A stretch of DNA of 64,000 nucleotides from Squalus acanthias (GCA_030390025.1 CM059433.1:31932001-31996000); one strand, 5' to 3'. Counted from the stretch's first letter, positions 11,410 to 25,460 are shown. Made by a program: numbers and translations. The notes: generated by a model from the sequence alone, not told the origin.

Positions 11410-12551
11410 GGCTGGATATTTAATTGGGAGGCGGGTTGGGAGCGGGGTGGCTAGAATGCGATCAGTAAACCTGGGGGAACGGGCTTCCCGCAGGCCCAGC
11501 CGAATTTAACGGCAGGGCCTGATTTGTATTTCAAACCTTCGTTTCCCACCTGCAGCCAGCCAGATGGAGAGGCTGGCAGGCTACGGGCAGGTAGGCCTGC
11601 GGCTCTAGGCTGCAGAGAGGAGGAAGGAAGGATTGGGTGGGGGCCGGGGGTGGTTGGGGGCCGGTGGAGGATTGGGGGGGTGTGGAGAGAGGATCAGGGC
11701 TGGAGCATCGGGTGGGGGGTGGAGGGAGAGAGGATCGGGGCCGGAGCATCGGGTGGGGGGTGGATGGAGAGAGGGTTGGGGCCGGAGCATCGGGTGGGGG
11801 GTGGAGGGAGAGAGGATCGGGGCCGGAGCATCGGGTGGGGGGTGGAGGGTGGAGGGGGAGAGGATCGGGGCCGGAGCATCAGCTGGGGGGAAGGAGAGAG
11901 GATCGGGGCCGGAGCATCGGGCGGAGGGAGAGAGGATCGGGGCCGGAGCATCAGGTGGGGGGAAAGGAGAGAGGATCGGGGCTGGAGCATCGGGTGGGGG
12001 GTGGAGGGAGATAGGATCGGGGCCGGAACATCGGCGGGGGGGGGGGCGCGTGGTGGGAAGCATTGGGGCCGGCTGATCATTGGGGCTGGTGGAGGGAGTC
12101 TGGGATGGCGATTGGGGGCCTAATGGGGAGGATCAGAGGCCTCTTGCGGGGGGGAATTGGAGGACTCGTGGGGGGGAATTGGCGGCCTCGGGGGGGGGTG
12201 CGTGAGGCTGGAACGCTGGATCCAGGAGGGAAGTGTAAAGGCACTTACCCCCTGGATCTAGCAGTCCTCGCCTTACTTTAGCTGGCGGGTTCCATGAGGC
12301 CTGCAAAACCCAACCAGCCACAGTTAAATTTGAAATGATGGTTAAGTCTGAGGCATGCCAGCCTCATTATAAATATTTAAATGAACGACCCACCTCCTGG
12401 AAGTGGGTTGGCTGCCCACCCCTGTCCCGCCTCCGTTAAAACCGGAAGTGGGCAGGTTGAAGGCGGGTTGGGGTGGAGATTCAGTTTTCTAACACATTAA
12501 TCTCCCACCCAAACCCCAACCCACCCGTTTTTTGGGGTTAAAATTCCCCCC
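11410..12551. mobile_element. Harbinger-like MITE family B, copy with expanded internal G-rich minisatellite
   Basis: Ends GGCTGGATATTT...AAAATTCCCCCC with TSD AAT (11407-11409 and 12552-12554). Homologous in inverted orientation to 25461-26189. Confidence 0.82.
11680..12035. repeat. G-rich tandem repeat, ~30-45 bp unit
   Basis: About 9 units of GAGAGAGGATCGGGGCCGGAGCATCGGGTGGGGGGTGGAGG. Confidence 0.9.
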
Positions 12552-13251
12552 AATGTTTCTACCTGTGGGCGAGACCAAAACTAGGGGTCATAAATATAAG
12601 ATAGTCATTAATGAATCCAATAAAGAATTCAGGAGAAACTTCTTTACCCAGAGAGTGGTTCGAATGTGGAACTCACTACCACATGGAGTAGTTGAGATGA
12701 AGACCATAGATGTATTTATGGGGAAGCTAGATAAGTGCATGAGGGAGAAAGGAATAGAAGGATAGGGTTAGATGTAGAAATTTGGGAGGAGGCTTGTGTG
12801 AAGCATATACACCAGCGCAGACCAGTTGGGCCAAATGGCCTGTTTCTGTGCTGTAAAATTCTATGTAATTCTATGCAATATAGAATTTGTGAGTCTAGGA
12901 CATTCAACACCTTGACACGGAATGGATAACTTCAAACCGTAGCGCTGTCAACTATAACAGCAAGAAGAGCAATTTCTCCAGAAACTTGACCAACTGCAAC
13001 AAGTACATCACCAAAACAATTTGTATGCACACCCTGTAGAAAACCCTGTGCTTGGAGCAACCGACACAAGAATCCACATGTCAACAGAAATGAACCGGGC
13101 AGCCTTGTGACCAAACTACTGATCCGCATTTATATTAAAAATAAAAAATGTCCGAATTTTATGTGCCAGATACACACAACATAAAAAAGACATTTATTTT
13201 CTGGTGTAAAATGATATTTTGTTAAAAGGAACAAAAGTCTTGGGTGCACAC

Positions 13252-13418
13252 CTGAGCAGCAAATGCAATCCTCTCGACATACTGCCAATTTGTCCATGGC
13301 CACATGTTCATTTGTGGTTCGGGTCTATCGGAAAATGGGCTTCTCTCATTCAGCAAAAGATAAACTTGATCTCCTTTCCTCAAATTGTTGTATTCTTCCT
13401 TTGTTGCTAATTTCAGCA
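13252..13418 (-). CDS. Candidate internal coding exon of an unidentified host gene (167 nt, phase 1 to 0)
   Basis: Acceptor TTATTTTAACAG and donor CAG|GTGTGC. Open frame (V)LKLATKEEYNNLRKGDQVYLLLNERSPFSDRPEPQMNMWPWTNWQYVERIAFAAQ in non-repetitive DNA. Confidence 0.6.
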
Positions 13419-14319
13419 CTGTTAAAATAAGTTTCTTCCTCTGTTAGTAACTGATGCTCAGCATTAATATATTCCATACGCATATCGTAAATGCATGGAA
13501 CTTCACGGGTAGAATACTTGTATGTTATTCCACAGCGAGGCTGCATTCTGATTTCTGTACACGACTGCGGCTAAATGTTCAGCACATGTTTCCGCAGTTG
13601 GATTGTGGCAACAATAAACCTTCATATACTTCCTTTTCAAAATAGCTTTCTGCAAATGTTTAAAATAAATACATGCAGCAGCTATTTAGTTTTGTGTGCA
13701 TAGTTACACAATTGAGGTCAATAAATGATTTTGTTTGCTAGTTGCTTTTTTGAATAGGACATGGATTTTCTTCAAGAATGTTTGCAACAGGAAACGACCA
13801 AGCTGTTTTATATAAATGGAGGGTGCAAAGTGGAATTGGTTTTGGATTCTCTGAGAAGGCAGGCATAGATCTTTCTGAGAGTTAGGACTTGGGAAAGTGT
13901 AGGGCACTTAAAGGTTAGAGGAATGTGCAGAACTAGTAGGGTGTGCCCTATGATTTAAATATTCTATGATTTGCACTGTATGTTCCATAAACACGGCCAC
14001 ACAAACAGTGATTGTTCGCAACTGCACAAGAGCCAGGAATGGCAATAGTCTCCATATGGCTAACTGCTTATTTACATATAATGTACCATCTGCTCTCTAC
14101 ACCGAGCAAGAGGAACTCAGTCACCAGGACCTGAGTAGCAACACGCACCAGAGTGCCAAGACCCAAACTGGGAAGAAGTGCCAGCACAAATTCAGACACT
14201 TCCTGAGAATTGGAAAGAGGTGTGGAAGGAAAATCAGAGGATGAGACATCAAGCATAGTTTCTGCTGAGCTAGTAGCAGTGGTTGATGGAAGGCTAGTTG
14301 ATGCCCCTTCTGAGTTCAT

Positions 14320-14645
14320 GGAATCATAGACTTATACAGCACAGAAGGAGGCCATTCAGCCCATCGTGCCTGTGCTGGCTCTTTGAAAGAGCTATTCAAT
14401 TATTCCCATTCCTCTGCTCTTTCCCCATAACCCTGCAATTGTTTTCCTCTTCAAGTATATATTTAATTCCCTTTTGAAAGTTACTATTGAATCTGCTTCC
14501 ACCACCCTTTCAGGCAGTGCATTCCAGATCACAACAACTCGCTGCATAAAAAAATGTCTCCTCCTCTCGTCTCTGGTTCTTTTGCCAATTACTTTCAATC
14601 TGTATCCCCGGTTACCGACCCTTCTGCCTCGGGAAGTAGTTGCCT
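14320..14645 (-). mobile_element. CR1 3' fragment
   Basis: RRHFFMQRVVVIWNALPERVVEADSIVTFKRELNIYL followed by a 3'UTR. Confidence 0.85.
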
Positions 14646-15179
14646 AAGGATACAGACTTTAATGGACCTGCTTTGAATAATACATTTTAAGACTATTTTT
14701 TTACCTTAAGGGATATCATTCCCATTATTCTACAGATAGATCACGTGAATGGATGGCAGATGCTAATTTTGATGTCTCTGTTGATTTTTTTTTCAGCCAA
14801 CAGGCTGCGACAACTGAGAAGAGAGGTCAGTTCAGATTCTCCTGTTCCTGGGGCTGAAATATTTTGATTCCATGGGGTAAAACCCAACCCAGCTGAGAAC
14901 TGACAAAATTTATCACAATACCACAACGTGCCGTCAGATTCTGCAGCTTTTCCTTCCACCTTCCTCATGTTTTTTTTTGGAGCGTGAGAGTGACGCATTT
15001 ATGACAGGTAGTTCCTCAATGATTATATTCACCCACTCGCACCCAGCAGGAGTTTCAGTGGAAATGGAATGAGTAACAATGTACATTTTATTTTTGAAGT
15101 AGACATAAAGGATCCTGAATTGCTGAAGTCAACTTAAAAGGGAAACTGAAACCTAGCAATACCTGAAAAACTGAACTGG

Positions 15180-15700
15180 AAATATGAAAGTTATCAAGGA
15201 GAAATTACTTTTTCTTTTGCATATTCGTTTAAACTCTGTAAGAGTAGAAATGTTGGGCGGTTCTTCTTTTCCCGGAGTAGTGAGTCTCTGGAATGTGTTG
15301 CTGGCTGGTGTGGTTGGTGCTGACTCTCTACCTGCCTTCAATAGGGAGCTGGACCCATTCCTGACTGTGGCAGAGATCGCATCATATAGAAAGTAAGTGT
15401 CTTTATGGATAACACTTGGCCCGTGTGATCTCCTGGACTGGTTTTGATTGCCTGAGGGCGTCGGAGTGGAATTTTCCAGAGTATATTTTTCCCTTATTGG
15501 CCTTGGGTTTTCTCTGTTTTTTTGGTTATATGGAGATGACATGGCTGCGGGGGAGGCGGGGGTGGTGGGGTGCGGAGGTGGGTTAGGGCGGTAGGTTGGG
15601 GAACGGAAGAAGTGTTTCGTCATGTTGCTCCGACCATCATGGTGAGTGGGGCAGGCTTGATGGACCAGCTGGTCTTTTCGTGCCCGTCAGTTTAATATAT
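15180..15700 (+). mobile_element. Divergent CR1-family 3' fragment
   Basis: VVSLWNVLLAGVVGADSLPAFNRELDPFL resembles a CR1 ORF2 C-terminus. 3' motif GGCTTGATGGACCAGCTGGTCTTTTC. Confidence 0.7.
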
Positions 15701-16404
15701 TGGTATATTAAGCGGCAACAGTGACAGAGACACAGCAAAGTTATCGCTGGTGCTGCTGTGAGCGCAAAATTGCCTGGAGGCTTTGTGGTACCATTGGGCA
15801 AGCCCAGGGAAATGGGTGCTGGTTGATGCCATGTGTGGACTTCTGGAAACATGGGGCAGTGTTGCAGGTCATGGTCCTGTACAAACGAGCTCTGCACAGT
15901 GTATAAAGCTTCCCACTGAGTTTCCTTGCAGATTGTTTTGGATCAATAGAAAACATTGAGTAGTTGCAATAGCAGCCCTTGTATTATGGCTGAAAACATT
16001 GTGGTCTACTCGTATGCTAATGTAGCTGTAGTCATGATCTGGTAGAAGACTTGGCAATGTCAAAAACTATTACACTGACTTAATGCTGAACCGTAATCCT
16101 TAAACTACTAGCAGGTTCAGAGAAGGAATAATCTCCCTACGTCTGCTGGTTTCTTACTCTTAACTGCACTGCTGATATAGATTCATGCAGCACAAAAGGA
16201 GGCCATTTTTCCATGGAATGGATCAAAATATGAGTTACTTTAAAACCTGTTGCAAGTTAAAGACTACTTTAAAGGATTTCCCAACTACCTCAGGATTAGG
16301 TTGAATCTAAAGTTAGACAAAAGGTGGTTAATATGCCAATCAGAAGTTGTTTTATTTCCCCCCCCCCCCATCCCCAGAGACAAAACAATAAACAATTTGT
16401 GGCT

Positions 16405-16685
16405 CTACATGGAATTTACAGCACAGAAACAGGCCATTCAGCCCAACAGTGTTTATGCTCTATATGAGCCTCCTCCCACCCCTCTTCATCTGAACCAATC
16501 AACATTTCCTTCTATTCCTTTCTCCCTCGTGTGCTTATCTAGCCTCCCCTTAAATGCATCTATGCTAGTCGCCTCAACTACTCCTTGTGGTACCGAGTTC
16601 CACATTCTTACCACTCTCCTGAATTTCCGATTGGATTTATTAGTGACTATCTCTTATTTATGGCCCCTAGTTTTGGTCTCCACCA
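16405..16685 (-). mobile_element. CR1 3' fragment
   Basis: Reverse complement of the 12552-12876 type 3' end. Confidence 0.8.
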
Positions 16686-16907
16686 CAATAAGTTTGTCAC
16701 AATGCTACTGAGAATGTTTTGATCTGTTCCTGACTGTAAACAGTCAGGAATAAAGTAGACCACACACACCAAGGAAGTCAGTCTGCTTTTTGGAGACAGA
16801 GCTTCATAGGTAATCGCGCAGAAGAAGGCTACATAGGAGGAGTAGTTCTGCCCTTGGCTGTAGATCAGAATGCAGTGAGGTTATTCTGTTTAAGTAATAT
16901 AACTCAC

Positions 16908-16986
16908 CAAAGTGGGATAGCATTGTGTATTCTTTATTTTGTACCATTACGCAATTATAAGTTGAACTATGCGACTCTGATTGTAC
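16908..16986 (-). CDS. Weak candidate exon of the host gene (79 nt, phase 0 to 1)
   Basis: Strong donor TTG|GTGAGT, weak acceptor GTAACAG. Open frame VQSESHSSTYNCVMVQNKEYTMLSHF. Confidence 0.3.
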
Positions 16987-18478
16987 CTGTTACTCTGTAC
17001 ATTTCCCCATTATGGTGGAACAAAGCAGTTTATGAATCAAACTAAACTTTAGTATCCTCTACTGTTAAGTCGGTCCACCATTGGAGAGATTGAAGGAGTA
17101 CAGAAGACGTGGAGATACGGTCCAGGCCACGAGGGAGTTTTATCGTTACTCCCCAAGGTACTATTACTGTTCGAGTAGATACAGGACAATACACATCAAT
17201 TCCCCAAAAAGTAAAGTGATTAGACTACTTACGGGAGTGATTGATGACAGTAAACCCGAGAAGGTATCAATGGCAAACCCAAATTTGTAACACTGCCACA
17301 TTTAACTACATTACATCACTCACCGCGTAAGATATTCTGTGTGAAGTGCTTTAAGATGTTTCTAAGTTACATGATAAAGAAAGTTTTTTCTCTTTTTCAA
17401 ACTAGTCTAATGTAAACTAAGTCCTCCCATCCTCTTCTAACTGCCCAGAACTTGTTACTTGCTTGATTGCTTCTTTCCCCTTGCTCTCATGGTCAATTTT
17501 GGAGCTAGAATCAGCTTCCAACAACAGTTGGCTCTCATTGGTTGTAAACCTGCCATTAAAGTCCGTCTTTTCCAGCCAACCAAACTATAGGCAAGCTTTA
17601 AATTAGACATGGTTGTATCACAGACACAACTAGGTCAATCTAATATTTGTAAGAACACACCAAAACAGGCAGGAATTCATCCAAACTGTATAAATTGTAG
17701 ACAATCTCCACGCCCAACTGCACTCAGGCAAATAAACATACCTGTGGCACTGTAAAGGATCCAGAGACCGCTCAACTTCTGGGCCACGTTCTTTTAGTCC
17801 AAGAAATACATTGTATTATACAAATACAAGGATTAATATTTCATTTTAATGCTGGCTCTGACCTTTAGTTTTAATCTGAAAGACACATGTGTATGAACAA
17901 CTAGAGGATACTGGACTGAGAGAAATAACGCCCAAAAGATGGTTCAATTGCGAGGAAGATTTGATTATAATCAACCAGAGGGAAGGGACACAGAGGCTAA
18001 AAATGCTAAATACCAGTAGAAGAACTACAGAAATACAATGCCCTTCATCCCCAGACAGTGACAGCCAAGAATTAAACTAATGTCAATGACGACTGGGATT
18101 CAAGGCTCCACACTATTAAGTGTAAGGCGGAGTGTAATGCACAGGAACTATTTGATGCACAGTTCTTATTCTCTACTCCCTAGGATATGTGAGGTGTCAG
18201 GTTAATTAGTGCTTTAATATAACCCCCTCTATGGACCTGGACAAAGCTGACTGATGCAGTAGGAAGAATCAAATCATTCCTTTGCAATAGTTTGTAGCAT
18301 TCATTACTGCCAACCTCAGCAATTAAAAATAACAAGATGAACATTAAAAAATCATGACTTTATTGAAGGAGGAAGAGACCTCTCAGCAACAGTATTAAAA
18401 AATAAATTCATACATATAAATACTTTAACAAATTTGTTATTTCCTCAGACTGCAGTTAAAATATCATATTTGGTCAAT

Positions 18479-19280
18479 GGGGCCGTAATTTGCGGACCCT
18501 AAGGGCGCATCGCGTACGAGGTGAGTACGCGCCCGTAAAGGCCGCGCAGATTCCGAGTTTAGGCATGCGCTGCACCTGCGCTAAAACCCGGAACTTGCGA
18601 TCTGTCAAGAATCTTCTTGACAGATGATCCGCATCCCCAGTGAAAGGGCATCCGCGGGCAGAGAGTTGTGCTATTTACCCAACTTCTGCCCAGCGAATGC
18701 CCGTGAAATTCTTATGCCTGGTAAAAGCAGGTGTAAACCTGCTTTTACCAATTTAAGAGTTTTAAAAAAACTGAAAAATCAAATTTTATCAAAAATGTAT
18801 ACATTTAAAAAACTGAAATAAGTTGTTTATTTTTAGCCCCTTTAAAAAATATAAATTTATTTTTCAAAAAATTAAATTTTTGTTTTAAATATTTAATTAA
18901 ATACCATTTTAATTAACTTTAAATATGTGATTTTTTTTTTAATTTGAAGTGTAGAGGTATTTTTTGTGGTATTCCCATTCATACTTATGGAGTTTCCGTA
19001 CATACGAATCCCAATAAGTATGAATGGGAATTTCCTTCTTTCATTCGTTGGGCTGGCCCACGTGATCCCAGGGGTGCTTGCGAACCGCCTGCGCCCCCCG
19101 GGATACATGGGCCTCTACACATGTCTGTGCATAGAGGCCCAGGAGCGCGAGTCTCCGTGGATCCCAAGGCAGAAGGTAAGCTCGTAGATTTTTTGCCGGT
19201 CAGAGGCGTCCGCCCGTGGGAAGCCTCCGCCCGTGGGAAGCCTCCGCCCGTGGGAAGCCTCCGACCGCAAATTCAGGACC
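18479..19280. mobile_element. Harbinger-like MITE (family C; GC-rich ends, AT-rich core)
   Basis: Imperfect TIR GGGGCCGTAATTTGCGG...CCGCAAATTCAGGACC, flanked by AAT/GAT. Architecture similar to 37613-38356. Confidence 0.72.
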
Positions 19281-19899
19281 GATGTTTAGTAGAAGTAAGA
19301 TTGTGTGGTGGATTTTCAATAGGCCGCCAAGGAGTAAAACTGGCACTGCGATCGGCCACCCACTATAGACACCACCAGATAGATCATGCCCAGGTGGCAA
19401 GTGGACAATGTACCCCTATGAGTGCTGCAATGTGTTTTACCTTGGTTTAATAGCTTGCAGCCTCACCCGCACATTAGTCAACACAAGTTCCCTATCTTGG
19501 CCAAACTGTCAAGGGTAGTGTGCAAGTCGGCAGTTGAGTGTTTTCTCAGTGCAATGGAATGAAGACAGACCTGCCAAGAAGTCTCTCTAGGTTGCTCTTG
19601 CATAACTCCACGAGCAGTTGCACAAAACATTCCCAGCGGCTTAGGAGAGGTGAAGTTCTAGTCAATTGATTGGATGAAAAACAAGAACAAAATAGCTTTT
19701 TTTTTAAATAAAAAAGGTGACAAAAATAAACCAAGCGGGTTGCAGAATTTTATACAGAATTTGAAAAAGAAATTCCAAATATATTCTATATCTATTTTGA
19801 GAGTACAGGCGTACCAGCATTCATTTATAAATCTTGTGTACCACATGGAAAATCGTGATACTTGTAAACACTGCCATTCTATAAGCTATTCATCCGACA

Positions 19900-20315
19900 A
19901 CAGCTTGCATTAATATAGCACCTTTAATGTAGTAAAATGTCCCAAAATTGATACTGAGCCACATAATGAGATATTAAGACGGGTGACCAGAAGCTTGAGC
20001 AAAGAAGTAGGTTTTAAGGAGCATTAAAGGAGGAAAGAGAGGTGGAGAGGCAAACTTTTAGGGAGAGAATTCCAGAGCTTAGGGCCTCGGCAGCTGAAGG
20101 CACGGCCACCAATGGTGGAGGGATGAAAATCGGGGATGCGCAAGAGGCCAGAATTGGAGGAGCGCAGAGATCTCAAAGCGTTGTGGGGCTGGAGGAGGTT
20201 GCAGATAGAGAGAGGGGCAAGGCCATGGAAGGATTTGAAAACAAGGTTGAAAATGTTTTAATCGAGGTGTTGCTGGACCAGGAGCCAATGTAAGTCAGCG
20301 AGCACAGGGGTGATC
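19900..20315 (-). mobile_element. L2 LINE 3' fragment
   Basis: L2-type 3' end; inverted homologue of 43335-43762. Confidence 0.8.
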
Positions 20316-23300
20316 CAACATACAATGCAGTCAGACAGGCTACAGACAGATCCAGAATTACCAGTCTCTTACAGAAGGAGATTGAATGGTCTCTGCACTG
20401 TGTGCTGAACTGGCAGATATGGGGAAAACATTCTAGCTGTGTGTATTTATATTCTTTGAACCAGCAGATTCTTGACATGTTGTCAGTACTAGGCTTGCAA
20501 TTTATGAGCTTCCACGGGGCTTAAGAACCGCTGAGGCATCGAACAAAAAGAGGGACCGAGGTCTCAAAGTTGCAACTTAAATACCTCTCGTCTCTCAGCA
20601 AGAATGGCATCAAGACAACGAGCTCTCCTCCCCGCAAGGGACAGACAGCCATTCTATACCGTGAACCTATTACTTCCCATGCGTCACTGTCCACTTGCTG
20701 CCAACTTGTAGCCAATCAGACTGTAATATATTCCGTGGCAGTGTCTCAGAGTATGTGGTGCTGAAGAGTCTGCTGCTGACCTTCAGAAACAGACTGCAGC
20801 TAAGTGTCACTTAGCACCCACTGAGATGTATAACAAGGGTCAAACAGAAAGTAATTAGATATTTCATCGCCAAATTATAAACATATTAAAATGTGGGCGC
20901 TAGCAATCAGCTATGCTGAACAAGCCGTTACGGAAGAAATCTATTCGAGACGATCAGCCAATCTGCACTTCATTCAGATCATCTCTTAAAGGCAGAAGTG
21001 TTTACGGTAGAAAATTCAATGTCTTTTGCTGACCTTTCCACAGGCACTGCAGTTCTTCAGCAGTGACAGCACTGTTTATATGTGGGCTTTTAAAAAAATC
21101 TTTGCCAGAAGCCAAAAATTTAAATGCTTAGCCACAATTGCAAAAAAAATACCAGTAATAAATAAGATGGATCAGCAGAATTGCCTCCAATATATCGTTG
21201 CTAATTTGCAAATAAACCGCAGTCAGCCCTGTAATGAGCAAATTGTTCCGGTACTTCACCTCTTCTGTTAAATTCATTTTTATTCGCAGTTCCATTTCGA
21301 GTGTGGTACATACTTAAAAAATAGATAAATATTGCAGCACAAAAGCAGATCCAGGATAACCATCGGTGTTGCTGATAAGTGGCAATACAGTCCATTCTAT
21401 AAGGTGTGATCAGTAATTGCACTGCCGACAGCATCAATATTTCACGAATTGGGTAATCCACAACCTCCCCACCACTCCCCAAAAAAGGGAACTCTCACAA
21501 TGTGAAGGGGTATTGAACATTTAGCAGCATGGCCTGACGTTTTAAGAATTTGTTTGAAGATGCACAAGGAGACATATTCCCCCACCTCCCGCCCCCCCCC
21601 AGAATAACCAAACTCATCTGTGACAGTGAGTTTAATAGCCAGTGACCTCTCTGTTTACAGTTACAGCCACCACTTGGAAAATTATCATTGTTTCGGATTT
21701 GTATTGTCGGCTGAACTGGACAGGCCATTTACTTTCTATAGCAAAATTATAAAAGAACGCCAGGAAAAATCAATGCAACTTTTCGTTGTTTTCCAAAGCT
21801 GAAATCTGTAGCCGCCACTGTACAATCAGCATGAACATCAACCTATTCAATCGGGAAAGGAACTAAAGGACATTCTTGCACACAAAATACAAAAGGAACT
21901 ACAATGTGCTCGAGTAGAACTCCTGGCTGTGCTCTTAATTACTAAAGTTCTTAGTTTTCAGACTGCATTGGGAATTCCGTCTTGAAATCTTTGCGCATTT
22001 TTTTCTTTTCTCGGCATCGACTTATTTGTGGTACAAATGAGAGAAGAATAGCCAGTTCTAGTCAATCTAAACTGCTGTATCTTCTGAGATGCCAAGGTCT
22101 GTTGTGTGTCACTGAGCAATCTATAAACTCTTGACTGGCTCTGTGTTCTGCATTGCTCCTATCTAGCAATCTTGTGATTTTTGGTAGTTCAGCACTGAAT
22201 GTGTTATGTAAAATCTATAAACCTATTGGCAACATTTCAGGAATTTATAGACCTTTAACGACTTAATAACTGTGGCGGGTTGTTTATTTCTACACCAAAC
22301 TTTGTCTTTCGGTAGTAAAACTGTTACAGGAAATCTCTATTGAATGACTCTTCATCACACAGGTAGGCTTGCAGCAACAACAACAACTTGCACTTTATAT
22401 CACATCCCAAGGTGCTTCACAGGAGCGTAATCAAACAAAATTTGACACTGAGCCAGATAAGGAGATATTAGGACAGCAGTTGGTGATCAAATGATGATAC
22501 AGAGTATGGCTGATATACAAGCTGGATAACTATGGAGAATGGGATCAGAGGTTATAGGGGTAGCTATAGACGGAGACAATCAAGTGCTTTTCATGACACA
22601 AAGGTTCTTAAGCTACTGGAGCCATGGGAAGAGGTGCTGTCCATGAATGACAGCAGCCCAGTGTTAAATGGTGGAGATGCGGGACTGTTGTTTATAATTG
22701 AGAAACCAAGATGAAGTAAAACCCCGCATAGTGAAAGACGTAATCAAGGATGAAAAATAATTTTAAAATAGGTTCAACAGGAAGTGGTGGTTGTTAGAAG
22801 TCAACTTCCCTCCTTCTATGGTTCACAACAACATATTTCGAGTAAGTATGAGACACTTGATAGTGCAGTATAGGCAACAGACTTCATTGATATACAGCAC
22901 AGTAATCGACCTAACTGTATAGAGAGAGAGCAGCTTTTTGGTTTCTGTATCTTTCAAGCTCTCAAAAGCACTCTTGAAAACCACGCTCCTTTATACACCA
23001 TATTTTGCCTATATCAAAGGTACATGTCATAGATAAGACCTCATGACCTATCTATTCCCAAATCCTTTGAAGACAGTTTACTCATATAAACAGTTGTAGT
23101 TGTTTACTCCAAGTTACTTCTCTCAAACAAGACTTCCTGACCTAACTGTTCTTAAACTCTTTGAAGAACAAGCTTTATTAACCATTATATTTCTATATGA
23201 CAGTCAATAAATCATCTACTTATGTTTATTACCCAAGCCCCTAAAGTTAGACCTTAATCACTCATGGTTGACATCATTACTGTCATGTATTTATTTGCAC

Positions 23301-23477
23301 AAGCACTTTACATATCAGAAGACAAGCTATGCTTTCCTCTCACAACACTTCAAAGCCATCCTGTTTATCTCAGAAGACCTGTTGCTCCACGATACAAAGT
23401 TGTTCTACTATTAACCCTTAACTCCCCAAGATGTCCAACATACTACTCTCCAGGATGTCCAACAGTGGTTAGGTAAA

Positions 23478-23716
23478 TAAAGAAAGAACTTGCCTTTATA
23501 TATTGCCTTCATGACCTCAGGACATCCCAAAGTGCTTCATAGCCAATGAAGTACTTTTGAAGTGTAGTCACTGTTGTAATGTAGGAAACGCAGCAACCAA
23601 TTTGTGCACAACAAGCTCCCACAAACAGCAATGAGATAAATGACCATATCATCTGCTTATTTTCATTAAAGTTGGTTGAGGAATAAATATCGGCCAGGAC
23701 GCTGGGAGACTCCCCT
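23478..23716 (-). mobile_element. Deu-domain SINE 3' part
   Basis: Reverse complement of 24840-25062. Confidence 0.8.
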
Positions 23717-24669
23717 GGTAATGTCAAGCTTATGTTTTAAAAGCCTGAAGATTGTAAGTAGAAGGAAAGACTGAGATAACTGAGGAGCTCGGTGGTCCAG
23801 AGCTAAGTTAGCATAGGATACTGCAATTTCAACACATTGAGGTTGTAGGATTGAAGAATAGCATGTAGGATATGGGAGCTTAAAAGGAATAAAAATTCAG
23901 AGATGCATTGACTATAGTATTTATAAACTGAAGACAAGAAAGGCTGTGCTGCAGAGAGTGAGGTTGGAGGCCAAAGGTGGGAGAGAGAGACAGCTCACCT
24001 ATCAGCCAATAACTGTCTTCATGAGCAGATGTGCGAGAAAAAGGTGAGAAGAACCTCACATATGTTGGGAGAGTATCCAAGATTTAGACAGACTTTACAG
24101 GGAGGTACGAGTTGTTAAGGGGATAAGAAATGTTTTGCATGAAAGAGGAATCTGAACTTGTCGGTGGTAGCCTGATCAATGGAGAGGAGCAGACAGCGTG
24201 GACTAGAATGACGATAGATAAAGAAAGACTAACAATTGGGCCACCAAAGGCAAGAGCTGGCAACCATAAGTTAGACTTATTAGAGACATGAGGAAACTTG
24301 GACCCTGAAATTACCTGTCTATAAATGCATTTGACTGAAATTTCTCTTCCTGCTATTTCAGCAAAGTTGTTAACACATTTATTTTAAGCGGAGGAATTTC
24401 TGAAAAATGTGGTAAGCATTCGCAATTTAACCAGGCATATGCCTGGCTAAGAACAAGGAGAACCAAGATTTCCATTGACCCACTGAAGGGTACAGTGGAA
24501 TATTGTGGAGTTTTGTTGGGTGATTGTTAAGGATCACAGAGTTTTTATACAGAATTTCCATTTCAAAAATTAAACGGGTGTAGTAAACTATCTCATTGCC
24601 CCATATTGACTTTAAAGCAGTTAGTGTAGCGCCTAATTTCTAAATGAATTTTAGAGTGACAACAAAGTC

Positions 24670-25062
24670 TTGCGCACATAATCTAGGCTGACACTTCAGT
24701 GCAGTACTGAAGGAGTGCTGCACTGTTGGAGGTGCCGTCTTTCAGATGTGACGTTAAAACGAGGCCCCGCTTGCCCTCCCGGGTGGATGTAAAAGATTCC
24801 ATGGCACTATTTTGATGAAGAGCAGGGGAAGTTATCCCTGGTGTCCTGGCCAATATTTATCCCTCAACCAACATCACTAAAAACAGATTATCTGGTCATT
24901 ATCATATTGCTGTTTGTAGGAGCTTGCTGTTTGTAAATTGGCTGCCGCATTTCCTACATTGCAACAGAGACTACTTTAAAAAGTACTTCATTGGCTGTGA
25001 AGCGCTTTGGGACATCCTGAGGTCATGAAAGGCGCAATATAAATGCATGTCTTTCTTTCTTT
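24670..25062 (+). mobile_element. Deu-domain SINE (SacSINE1/AmnSINE1-like)
   Basis: Deu core GCACTGTTGGAGGTGCCGTCTTTCAGATG...CCATGGCACTATTT..GAAGAGCAGGGG...GGCCAATATTTATCCCTCAACC and a CTTT tail. Confidence 0.85.
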
Positions 25063-25460
25063 TACATTTTGGGATAGAAGCAGTCTGGATGGGTCAGATG
25101 CCTTCTTCTCATTCATACACAAACAAGAGATCAGCACTCTGCAGCAACCTGCCAAAGGGTATTTTCTAACCTCTATTTACTGATCCCTAGTAAGGTTTAC
25201 ATTTAATAAATGGGCTTTTGAAAGATCAGACTGATGTTTACAGGGAGATAATTTTATGTTCCAATGCAACAGGTAATCTTCAGTTACAAACAGCAAGGGG
25301 AGCTGAATATTAAACAACCATCCTCACTAGAAAGGGATGACCAATTGCTCCAGACAGCTTTGGTCAACACAAATGACATATCTGGCCACAATTATCACAT
25401 AAGCACTTTAAACCTTAGAGGTACAATCTTGGTATTTGCCAATGAGAATTCAGACACAAC

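Larger units (their letters stand above)
11328..12876 (+). mobile_element. Older CR1 3' fragment (5' part at ~6810-6840), interrupted by the long CR1 and by a MITE
   Basis: LNRLGLFSL|EKRRLRGDL continues across the 6838-11327 insertion. MFLPVGETKTRGHKYKI resumes after 12551. Confidence 0.82.

Noticed and set aside
11524..12123. Multiple overlapping Gly/Pro/Arg-rich ORFs
   Set aside because: Artefacts of a stop-free G-rich tandem repeat.
16727..16750. 11-bp-stem hairpin TTCCTGACTGT-AA-ACAGTCAGGAA
   Set aside because: Short and isolated, with no supporting context.
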